Positions 13,743 through 25,318 of a stretch of DNA of 64,000 nucleotides are shown piece by piece. The stretch comes from Eledone cirrhosa (lineage: Eukaryota), in assembly GCA_964016885.1 (NCBI GenBank), contig OZ024740.1, forward strand, positions 404,984,001-405,048,000, written 5' to 3'. The position numbers and the translations under genes are program-made. Each line of letters starts with the position of its first letter. Position 1 is the stretch's first letter. A model generated the notes under the pieces. That model saw only the letters and a program-made list of their open reading frames with translations, was not told the origin of the DNA and ran no database searches.

Positions 13743-14056
13743 CTCCAGTTCCTCAGTGAATTAACAACCCAACAAGGAACTGGGCATATCAGAGTATTGA
13801 CAATATTATACACCTAAACAACATATGTACTTGTCTATACCATATTAATTCAAACTGCCTGAAGAGGTCACAGCCAAAGATGGCTGTGACTGAAATATAT
13901 ATAGCAGTAATAAACGAAGGTATATTTTAATCATTTGACTTTTATTTAACTTTATTTTACACTACTCCGGAGTAACCAAACAAACCTGCGCACTTCGTCG
14001 AGTGCTCCAGCCTGAATACTGAGATGTTGGTATACAACCAACATAAACTCAAAATC
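13741..14056 (+). mobile_element. ~315-bp TA-flanked insert, probable solo pseudo-LTR of a Penelope-like element or retrozyme-like element
   Basis: Unique sequence between (TA)n tracts. Contains a minimal hammerhead followed immediately by AATAAA, plus extra hairpins ccagttcct/aggaactgg and atgttgg/ccaacat. Confidence 0.65.
13854..13908 (+). ncRNA. Minimal type I hammerhead ribozyme
   Basis: Stem I ACTGC(13854-58)/GCAGT(13904-08); core CTGAAGA(13859-65); 11-bp stem II GGTCACAGCCA-aaga-TGGCTGTGACT; GAAA(13892-95); palindromic TATATA in place of stem III; AUA cleavage triplet ending at 13903. Confidence 0.85.
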
Positions 14057-14084
14057 TATATATATATATATGGTCATATGCTTA

Positions 14085-14128
<44 letters not shown>

Positions 14129-14165
14129 TGGTCATATGCTTGTGTCTGTGTATATATCATATGCT

Positions 14166-14226
<61 letters not shown>

Positions 14227-14235
14227 TCATATGCT

Positions 14236-14274
<39 letters not shown>

Positions 14275-16125
14275 GGTCATATGCTTGTGTGTGTGTATCT
14301 ACACTAACCATTCCTTTGCTACTTCCATTATTTGACCATATGACTTGGTAATGGACTGATGCATTTGAAGAAATTTAAATCCTTTCCTCTCTATTCAGCC
14401 CCTGATTGCCCTCCCCCTCTCTGATCATGTGTGTTATATGAGGGGCCCACCAAACCTGAACTACCCTTCTCCTCAAGGTCTAAATCTGGTCCTGTCTTTA
14501 AGTTCTATAGCCTTTGCTTCCATGTCTGAAATTTTTCCTTTAAATTTTCAACAAATAGCTATGAGTTTTAAGTCATTAGTATACTGAAGTCCTCATGGTC
14601 AGTTGGTCTTCTAGGACATGTAGAATAAACAAGTGACTAAACTCTAGTAACATCTGCATGCTAAATTTGTTACTGAATCCATTGCCAATGTTCACTTTGA
14701 GTACATAGATTGGTTGGCACCCAGAAGCCATTCATGTACACCCATTTTATTCATTTTTTTTTAAACAACCATCAGGAAACAGCATGGAACCCTATCAAAT
14801 ACCATCTTCAATGGACAAATCTAAGATATTGGGTTTTCTCTAATCTAAGTATTTCTCTTATAATTGTCTAAAAGATTGCTGAAATTGTGTAATGACTGGA
14901 AGGATAAAGTAAACGAAAATATCTCTTGACGGATCAAAATTTAATTCTAATGAACCCCAGTATAAATTAAACAGACATGCACATGAACGCATGCTCTCAT
15001 GCATGCAAATGCATGCACACACCACTATAACCATAGTCACATTGCTTATCTTTAACTACTTATAAATGTCATCTGAAGTGTGTAGCAGCTGTTAACATTT
15101 GAGATATCTGGTTTATAGCACAAGTGGGTACAGTTTGTTGTTGGAAAGGACATGAATATTGTATAATTCATGAGTGTTTCATTAGTTTCTTGACTTAAAG
15201 TTCTCTTATAGCTTTGTGATAGGGAACAAGGTATAACTTGCTTTCAAGTGGAACTTTGAATTTGTCTCTATTGTTGCTCCCTAATTCAGATATGAACAAT
15301 GTAATAGATGTTGTTAAAAAGTACATTTAATGTTAAACACATGGCGTTATGTGCACTAACATACTCTATACAACCTGAGATGCCTATAGCTAAATCTACT
15401 GAACAATTCCTTCTCATCTCCAGGCCAAATTAGATCTACCACATCACCTATCACAAACATGAAACCATACAAATTATTCGTATCTGAGCCACAAAACTCT
15501 GAACTTTTATTCAGTCAGTCTTTGCTTCCAGGCTACACAATATTCAAATTTCACCCTGAAAGGCAGTGTCTACATATGTTTTTTTTTTTTCTTTTTTTTT
15601 CTTTTTTTTCTTTCTTTTCTGTCATTCACCTTTCTAATTTGGATACCAGCAATAAAAACGTTGTTATTCTAGCTCAAAGGCCTCCCCACCGTTCAAACAC
15701 ATCTGCTGTCTCTACTACTCTTTGAACTCCTCTAATCATCAACACTATATCTCTTCCAACATTAACACTTAACATCATATACTGCATGAAACTGCACTAG
15801 CAAGTCATTCTTGTAAAGTGCAAAACTGTACTATGACTATATCATATTAAAAACTAGTGTTTACACTAATATTGCAAATTTTCACAATGATCTGTCCAGT
15901 AGTAAATATACTATACACATTTAAATTGATAAACCCATTTTTAGATATTTTCTGTTAAATTATTACAGGTCATTAAGATTTAAGGACATCTATTTCACTT
16001 CCCTCTCTGTCACACCTCGGTGACTATAATACTTTTCTTGGTTCTCACTCTAATCTGATACTATCAGTCTGAAATTTACCATTTGCATCAACTAGTGTTG
16101 CTTGTTATTCACATCCCCAACTATC

Positions 16126-16297
<172 letters not shown>

Positions 16298-16754
16298 ACT
16301 TCAAATGCCATCTCCGCCAAATTTGATCACTCTGCACCTATCATATTATCCAACCTTTGTGATTACTTACAACACGTTATAAAACTCCTTACACCTCCTG
16401 GAGTCTCTGGAATTTCAAATCAGCTGATTGGTCAGTCTCTGCTAGTTCTATGCTATACCTGACAGTACATGTGCTCTCCACTGACAAATCAAGAACAAGC
16501 ATGTTCCTTACTAACTTTGTGAAATCCTCTTTTCTTCCACTACTTAACCATAATTATGGAAGCTGTACTCATGTGGCAAAAGCTTTTACATTTGTTGCCC
16601 ATTTTGGCTCTAACTCCACACCACACACAGTTAAATCTTCTCCCAAACTATTTCTTCCCTTTCCACTAGGGTTACAACTATGCACATATACATGTGAAGT
16701 TTGAAAGCAGATTTGGTCACTTTAAACTTACAACACCACCAATCCTGACACTGC

Positions 16755-17805
16755 CCCTTTAGCATTTAAACCGGCCATATCCGGCCAGAATTCTCTCACC
16801 TCTTTCTGTTCAAACTGGCTGTAACTGGCCACTCAAACTGATGTTAAGGCACTGTGCTCAAAATAAACATCAAAATCTCATAGATTCGATATTATGTGAG
16901 ATAATTATGTAAGATAAAGCTTTTACCACAAAATACAATAGTATATATAATGTAAATCATCATCATCACCGTTTTACGTCCGTTCTTCCACGCTAGCATG
17001 GGTTAGACGGGTTGTCCTGTTGTGGGCAGTGTCTGGTCGGCTGACCATGCCTTGCTCATACAGGAACTGATTTGGCTTGATTTCTACAGCTGGATGCCCT
17101 TCCTAACACCAACCTCATTTACAGTGAGTGCTGGGTGCTTTTTCGTGGCGCCTACACATCCACTTTACAGTGTGGGCTGGGTGCTTTTTTGCCATGGCAC
17201 CTCCACGACCACCTTGCAGTGGGAGGGTGTGGGGGCATATTGTCTATATACTTCAGCTTGTACCCATGGGAGGTCGGGTACTCTGTATTACTGCGTGACG
17301 CCAGAGGTCGCGGTCATGTGTCATCGTCTTTGAGAGGTGTAATTGGGTAAGGTCGGCTTTTATCACCTCATCCCAGGTCATCTTGGGTCTCCCCACTCCG
17401 CGGTTTCCATCAACTTCTAGTGCTCTGCACCTTTTTATGCAGCTGTCATCCTTCATACGCATCACATGTCCATACCAACGCAACCGCCTCTCCTGCACAC
17501 AGCATTTGATTCCTCTTATGCTCAGTCTCTCTCTCAATTCATTTATGCTTTGTCGTTCGCGTATATTACTATTACACATCCATCGGAGCATGCAGGCTTC
17601 GTTTCTCTCTAATCTACGCAAGTCTTCCACCTTCAGCGCCCAGGTCTCACTACCATGTAACATTGCTGTTCGGATACATGCATCATACAGTCTGCCTTTC
17701 ATTTTGAGGGAGAAGCCTTTTGCAGCTAGCAGTGGTAGTAGTTCCCTGAACTTCTTCCATCCCATTCTAATGGGTTAAACAATGGGTTAAATGCTAATGG
17801 GTTAA
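16755..17805 (+). mobile_element. TTAA-type MITE family A, split by an RTE-B insertion (16755-16957 and ~17789-17805)
   Basis: Left TIR ccctttagcattt; body matches 23668-23896; the right TIR remnant aaatgctaatgggttaa lies beyond the RTE. Confidence 0.85.
16958..17768 (-). mobile_element. 5'-truncated RTE-clade LINE family B
   Basis: ORF 17253..17765 ([12 protein letters not shown]...LRWYGHV...GRPKMTW) and (CAT)n tail. Near-identical to the 21.8 and 38.3 kb copies. Confidence 0.95.
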
Positions 17806-19849
17806 ACAATGTGCCCCTTAGTTAAACTTTATCCTTACTGAACCCTTGAATTCCTATTTGTCTACAGGGATATATCCTGGTTTTCGGAAATGCTTTAGTG
17901 TGTTTCATTCCCAAGGAAGGAAACCTCACTAACCTTGCCAATTATTTATTCACTCACTTCCAGCAGCTCAAAATTGAAAACGACAGCCATTAAAAACCTT
18001 CTTTATCACCTTGAATCTATTTCCCTCTGTAGTGACCACCAGTACAGCTTTCATAAAACCAGACCTTCTAAAGACCAATCCTCCTATGCTACTTGGCTTT
18101 CTATCATATCTGGTGGTTTTCAAGTCTCCAACAACACTGACTTCTCTGCAATCGAAATTACCTTCCATTTCTCTCTATCTTCACCCAATTGTCATCCACA
18201 TGAAATCTAGATACTTCACACCAAATCTATATTAACTCTTTGATCAGTAACCTAGAAATCATTCTCTTTGGGATCATGTCATCTTGTCACCACTCCCTCT
18301 CACAAGTCCACGAGGCCTTGAAAAGAGTTATTGTTACTCTTTTTTCCTCCTTGAGTAAACAGTAAAAAGACATTATTGGGACTGTTTATAGTAAACATTT
18401 ACAATGTATTTCAAACTCAACTGTACATTTGTAATTGTAAATATATTAAATATTGTACATTAATAGACATGTTGTATAAACAATATTTAATGGTATGTAC
18501 ATGTAAACACTAATTCAAGAGTTAGAATAACAAAACTATTGGTAATGAAAATGAAACCATGCATGTCATACTTACCAGGGAAATATGCTACAAATTTTAA
18601 GTTACCTATAATTGTATTTGCTTTTATCATGTGTCTGTAACAGGATTTATTTTCTATGCTATTCATAAGTATATCACAAACGTTTTTCTTACCAGATATA
18701 TAATAGCTGGACGTGTTTTGACTAAACATAGTATTCTCAAGGTCAAGTCTTAGAATAATTGATCTTTTTATGTGTGGTTAAAGTTCCGTTAAGGTTAGGT
18801 TTTTGGTGTATGATGCAATCTATAATTATTAATATTGATCAAAGATTGCAAAATACCTCGGCTCACAATCAAGTGAATGCTTATTCTAAATTTTTGCTGA
18901 TAACTGATCAATTTTGATGGGGAGGGACAGGCAAAATATTTTTAGTTTTTGAACCTTGATCTTGAAATTGCTGGAGAAAGAAGCAATCCCATTCATATAA
19001 GTTTTATAACACCCACCCATATACAAAGGGTAAATGATCAAAGTGCTATGTCTATAGGTCTGAAGTTCAAATCTTCTGTAGGAATTTTTTTAATTTTTTT
19101 AATTTTTTTTTTTAGAACTATTTTATGTAGCTCAATTTATATAGCTGATGAGAAAGTTCCTACATGTTGTGTGAATTTCTGTTGCAATAGACTAATCCAA
19201 GGGAAGATTGTTAACTGCTTAACACCATGAAAGTAGTGCTATGTACGATCTCTAATAAGACACCAAACTGCTAAAAATAACAATCTGCCTCAAATTTTAT
19301 CCTATCTTTAAAAAATGTTAAAAAGACATGGTTAAACTATTGGATTCTTGATCATAATGTCATAGGTTCGATTCCTGGGACATGAGGCACATTGGGTTCC
19401 TGATTAAAACACTTCATTTCATGTTGCTACAGTACACTCAGCCAAAAAGGAATACCAGCAGTAGCTGAGTGTTAATCTTGTGATAGGCTGGTGTCCTGTC
19501 CAGGGAGGAGTCTTGGCACTGGCTTTAACTTTTTTTAATCTTAAACAAAAGAACATATTGTATAATGTAGTTGTAGATATACAATGTTTGAAAGCTGGAC
19601 AGGATGGTTACAGCTGGAATTCCTTTAATCATAAATCTAAACAAAAATCATTCTTTTTGCATTATGTGGTGTCATTGATAATCCAAAATTACATGTTTTG
19701 TGAGCTTGCTTAAGATAGCTACTAGTTTGATGTAGTAGCTTAGTTATTCAGTTGAATAAAATCTGAACGTAAAGAATTGCAGAGAACTATGAGTGTAGTT
19801 AAAGAAATGACAACACACAAAGATGCAAAACACAATCTTATTAGTATCA

Positions 19850-20150
19850 CACTGCCCCCTGGAGCAGATACAAACTATGCAGTGTGGAAATGCCTCAACA
19901 GATTAAGATCTGGTGTTGGTGATGCAAAAGCAATTCTGGCAAAATGAGGATATTTAAAGAATGGGGACATTGTGTGTGATTGCAGCATCGAACCACAGAC
20001 TATTCAGCACCTCCTGATATTCCCCCTGCTAGAGCACCCCTGCACAGCATTGGATTTGGCAAGTTTAATGAGAAAGGACAGCAATGTGTTCAGCTGTGGC
20101 AGAACCACATCTAGCCAAGCTTTGTAACTGACACTCTTGTGGAATTAAGA
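19850..20150 (+). mobile_element. Decayed 3' fragment of a Vingi/Ingi-like LINE
   Basis: Translates PPGA...WKCLNRLRSGVG...K*GY...CDC..EPQTIQHLL...CT..DL, the C-terminal zinc-knuckle pattern of Ingi-group elements. Confidence 0.6.
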
Positions 20151-21155
20151 AGTATTACACTTAGGAGGAAGTGAAGGAACCCTCCTCTACTTCCTCCTAA
20201 GTGTTATAATAAGACTGTGTTTTTTGGCATCGCTGTGTTTTCCTTAACTATTTTTCCATGCTTACACGACCTACTTGCCATTAAAACCTGGATATCTACT
20301 TGGAACCTTGGAAATCTTCACCTATGGATTAGCCAGTCTTCAAATTGTTGGACCTTTGAACTGCTCGAAAATGATTGTATTTGAATAAGTACTGTATGAC
20401 ACTCTAATGACATCAGTAGTTAATAACAAACTTCCACTTAATGATCCAGACATGACAGCTTTGGCTGTGATGCTTTTCTGCCACATCAAGAACAAATGAC
20501 CTTTGGATACTGATAAAGAAAAGTTAAAAACAAATAACATTGGTTTTTAAAAAATTAAAACCAAGTATTACCATACATTTGAAACAGTGAATTTTAGCAA
20601 TATAAGATCTGGGATAATGTCATCAGTTCATCCTCGACATTAAATTAATAATTACTAAAAGATTCTTATCACATCAAAATTTGACAATCTATTCATGGAT
20701 ATTCTTGGAGATCATGTGAGTTAGCTCGCTCTTTGCAAATTTGATAAAATTGAACTAAAGGACAGTAAAAGATATGATTCAAATGACATTCAAGGATCAC
20801 ATGCAATCATCTTGCATCATGTGAAAGTATTAACAGCTTGAAATGATTTCAGATGGATGAAACAAAAAAACAATGATCTTGATGGTATCACTGCTGATAA
20901 AAACAAATGTCTAGTTACGTCACTTTTGTAGATATAAGCAAAATCCATCAAAATGTCATGTATTTGGTAAAACTTGTATGAAGTGGGAAAGAAAAAGAAT
21001 CTACGACAGCATATAAGTCTAGATAAGGCTGAAAACAAACTGGAAAATTCTACAATTATTGACTTTAAAAAATCTTACAACAATCAACATTTCAAAAATA
21101 AACTGAGCATTGAATAGATTTGAAATTCTTTAGAAAATATAAAAATATGAAACTC

Positions 21156-21406
21156 AGAAAATAACTGTGCCTATAGTCAATTGCAATAAATAATAGCTTT
21201 AAAAATTGTGTAAAATACATTTATAGACAGAAAAAAGTAGCCAACAGCTGCTACAAAGAATTAAATTCTGTATCTCAGTTGGAATTTTGGAGGTATAGAG
21301 TTTGAATCTTTGCTGTGGCTGGTGGCCACTTTTCTGTCTATAGGTGTATTTTACAATTTTCTAAGCTATTATTTATTGTAATTGACTCTGGTTGCAGTTA
21401 TTTTCT
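21156..21406. mobile_element. Diverged fold-back (palindromic) MITE-like element
   Basis: ~120-bp imperfect arms: agaaaataactg...agtcaattgcaataaataatagctt versus aagctattatttattgtaattgact...cagttattttct. Short spacer near 21276-21288. Confidence 0.75.
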
Positions 21407-21813
21407 ACATTGGAAATTTCGATTTTCTAAATAATTAAAATGATTGCGATATTCAATGTTAATATTAAGATGTAAATTGACCCTGGCAATATCTTGAATT
21501 TTCGGGATGGTTATGAATAAAGCAAAATTAAGGAAATGTGATCTCAAACTAAAATAATAAATGGATTACTCATTAAAAATACGAAGTATTAATGAAAAGG
21601 GGAATAGATGTGAATGTTAATATTGCTGAATGTAAACTAAAAAAAGAATCCCCATGGCTTATGGTTGAATGCTGGTAGTATAACATTAGTTCATGTGGTT
21701 GATATTTTATGGTAATTTGGTATATTAAGATATTTTAAGGCTAAAATTATTCTGAAAGGAAGTATCGGGCCATGTTATTTTGAGGCAACATCATTTCCAA
21801 TATATATTAAACT

Positions 21814-23071
21814 CATCATCATCATCACCGTTTTACGTCTGTTCTTCCACCCTAGCATGGGTTAGACGGGTTGTCCTGTTGTGTGCAGTGTCTGGTCGGC
21901 TGACCATGCCTTGCTCATACAGGAACTGATCTGGCTTGATTTCTACAGCTGGATGCCCTTCCTAACACCAACCTCATTTACAGTGAGTGCTGGGTGCTTT
22001 TTCGTGGCGCCTACACGTCCACTTTACAGTGTGGGCTGGGTGCTTTTTTTGCCGTGGCACCTCCACGACCACCTTGCGGTGGGGGGTGTGGGGGCATATT
22101 GTTTATATACTTCAGCATGTACCCATGGGAGGTCGGGTACTCTGTATTACTGCGTGACGCCAGAAGTCACGGTCGTGTGTCATTGTCTTTGAGAGGTGTA
22201 ATTGGGTAAGGTCGGCTTTTATCACCTCATCCCAGGTCATCTTGGGTCTCCCCACTCCGCGGTTTCCATCAACTTCTAGTGCTCTGCACCTTTTTATGCA
22301 GCTGTCATCCTTCATACGCATCACATGTCCATACCAGCGCAACCACCTCTCCTGCACACAGCATTTGATTCCTCTTATGCTCAGTCTCTCTCTCAATTCA
22401 TTTATGCTTTGTCGTTCACGTATATTACTGTTACACATCCATCGGAGCATGCAGGCTTCGTTTCTCTCTAATCTACGTAAGTCTTCCACCTTCAGCGCCC
22501 AGGTCTCACTACCATGCAACATCGCTGTTCGGATACACGCATCATACAGTCTGCCTTTCATTCTGAGGGAGAAGCCTTTTGCAGCTAGCAGTGGTAGTAG
22601 TTCCCTAAACTTCTTCCATCCTGTTCTTACCCTAGTTATTGTACTTTCTGAACACCCACCTCCGTTGCTAATTCGGTCACCTAGGTAGCAGAAGCTGTCT
22701 ACTGTTTCTACAGGGCCCTCCCAGAGATTGGTGGTACTTGTTTCCTGTGGCTGTTTGCTGCTTGCTGTTTCAGCACAGCTGCTGCATGTGAATCCTACAT
22801 TCTTAATTAAGCTTCCTGAGATCCCGCTACATCTCTTGTGTACCCATTGTTTGCATTTGGGGCAGAGAATGGAGTTCCTACCTACACCTTTCCTACATAC
22901 TGAGCAAGGCCATTTCCCTGAGGGGATCTGGGTTCTGTTTTCTCGTCTACTTACAAGGACCTTAGTCTTTGTCATGTTGACTTTGAGACCCTTTCTCTCT
23001 AGTCCCTGCTTCCAGGTTTGGAATTTATTCTCTAGTTCTACCATAGATTCAACTATGAGTGCGAGGTCATC
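21814..23071 (-). mobile_element. 5'-truncated RTE-clade LINE family B
   Basis: ORF 22112..23044; (CAT)n tail; candidate TSD aaact at 21809-21813 and 23072-23076. Confidence 0.95.
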
Positions 23072-23667
23072 AAACTATCGTAATAAATTTGAAGAAACTC
23101 ATTAATGAAGGTCTTTTTTATAAAAGGTTCCCCCTGGGAAGAAGTGTTGGGGGTCTCGAGTGGTTGTGTGGGAAGCTGATCGAGATCTCAGATTATGTGA
23201 AGATTATAAAGTGGTTGTAAATGAAAGAATTTGTTCAGATTCTCCAAATACTGACTTGATATTTCATCCTATTTCTGTAATGAATTATTTTGATAAATTG
23301 GATTTAAAGAGAGCATATCGTTAGAATTGTTTTGAAGTAAGAGAAGTTACGATAAATAAATACACTAATTGGTCTTTTAAGTGAGACATAGTTTCCAAAT
23401 GCAATTAAAACAGCCAACATGTTTGAAAGAGCAATTGAACATGCTTGAAATAACACAACGTTACTATGTTACTATTTATCAAGATGTTTGTGTTAGAGCA
23501 AAACACTGTTGAAAATCTAGATATCCAGATAGACAAGATCATAAAAAGATTGGAAGTAAAAGGCATGGGAATCCCTCAAAGTAAATCAGTATTAGACTAA
23601 TTATATTTAGTGGCCATAGGAGGGAACATCAGAATCATTAAAGATTTGAATTATGGATGTAAAACTA

Positions 23668-23896
23668 TTAACCCTTTAGCATTCAAACCGGTCATATCTG
23701 GCCAGAAATGTCTCACCTCTTTCTGTTCAAATCAGCTGTAACTGGCCACTCATACTGATGTTAAGGTATTATTCTCAAGATAAATAACATCAAAATCTCA
23801 TAGATTCGATATTATGTGAGATAATTCTGTAAGATAAAATGTTTACTACAAAAATACAATAGTATATATAGAGTAATGTGAATGCTAAAGGGTTAA
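23668..23896 (+). mobile_element. TTAA-flanked MITE family A (piggyBac-like termini)
   Basis: ttaa-CCCTTTAGCATTCA ... TGAATGCTAAAGGG-ttaa. Confidence 0.92.
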
Positions 23897-24759
23897 AGGA
23901 CAATAAACAATATTTAATCTTTACTTGGAATTCTTGATTTCTTTGGGAGATTTACTGATCATTATTCAGACTGCATATCACAATTTGCATCACTTCATAA
24001 TGGTCCCATTTTCATGATAAGTCCAATGACGATGTATTCATACGCGATTTGGTTAAACAAACCAATCGTTTTAGATCACATATGAATACATTGTTGCTGC
24101 CTCATTATAAAACCTGCTTGGATAGCGAGATGAAAAGACCTCCTACTGTGATCATCCTATTATCCTGCTATGAGGAATTGAACATTATTAACCAAGCATT
24201 TTCCACATTTCTTGAATTGTTCTTCTATGGTCTATCTGCTATACAAGATATTCTAGTGTCTGTACAGAAATTCAGCTTCCGACAATAAATTTATATTTAT
24301 AGAGAATTGAGTGTTAAAAGGACATTTATTTATATTATGGATGTCGGAAGCCTGTCACAGCAAGTACGAAGCAACAAACACATCGACCAAGGCAATTTTC
24401 TTATAATTGTTTGTGATAACAAAGTCTTTGGGTGTTTCAACTTGTAGTTATTAAAAGGTATAAGTAATTATTTAACTCCTCATTCCTCCTATAAGGCAAT
24501 TGAGCATATAAAGCTGATGTTAGTTTCAAAACCAATGGTTCAGATTTATGAAGTTGTGAACAACTGTTGCGAGTTAAAAGGCTATACCGGAACACTTCTG
24601 GAGGAAGGTTGTCTTGTATTTTATTTGTCCCAGGCATCAACTAAAACAGAAATAAGATACTTGAATATTCGAAAGGAATCCTTGGCAATTGTATGGTGGA
24701 TTTAGTCATAATCATCATCAGCACCGTTAACATCATTTTCCATGTACAGTGCACTCTAT

Positions 24760-25318
24760 GGAATTCAGGTGGAGAAGTTCAAGTATCTCAGAGCTGTGTT
24801 CACAAGTGATGGAAGGCAGGAGCCTGAATTAAGTGCTAGAATTGCAGGAGTTGGCGCAGTAATGCACCAGCTTCAGTGTTCAGTAATCAGAATCTTGAGT
24901 AATGGCTAAAAGAATATGATCTTGAATACAAGCAGCTGAAATAGGGGTTCCTCTGCTTTGATCTTTGGAATAATGTTACTGGATAGAGTACATAGCTCAG
25001 AGATTAGTGTTGCTCCATGTAGAGCTACTACACCTCCAAACTGAGGACTACAGCTCTGATATTACAGGCATGTCGTTACAATGTCTTGGGAAAAGAATTG
25101 CCGAACAGATTTTATGGGCAAAACCAACCGGCAGGAGACCCAGGGGTAGACCCTGAACAAGATGGTTCAATAAAATCCATCGAATTGGCTTGTCTTGCTT
25201 GGTGATCCAGCCAGATCAACTGGAGATGGTTGCTTCTAACAGGACCCACTGGAAAGAGTTGTTTGAGGACTTTGCTCCTGCAACTCTCAGGAATAAGTGG
25301 GCGAAGAAGAAAAAGAAG
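24760..25318 (+). mobile_element. Decayed 3' part of an Expander/Rex3-like RTE LINE
   Basis: EKFKYL.AVFTSDG...ARI...GAVMHQL; homologous to 30603-30940 and 33485-33870; ends gaataagtgggcgaagaag. Confidence 0.7.

Larger units (their letters stand above)
11604..14298 (+). repeat. Hybrid minisatellite: GGTCATATGCTT spacer + (TG)n + (TA)n, interrupted by an RTE and a ribozyme-bearing insert
   Basis: Spacer at 11629, 11760, 11790 (variant), 11834, 13539, 13593, 13623 (variant), 13671, 14072, 14130, ~14157 (partial), 14225, 14275, plus an outlier at 8213. Confidence 0.9.

Noticed and set aside
11604-14298. CRISPR-like repeat/spacer appearance
   Set aside because: The repeat is only 12 nt, the spacers are microsatellite, the context is eukaryotic and there are no cas genes.
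20560-21050. Possible decayed Penelope N-terminal fragment (ADKN..LV)
   Set aside because: One short motif amid many stops; insufficient without a homology search.
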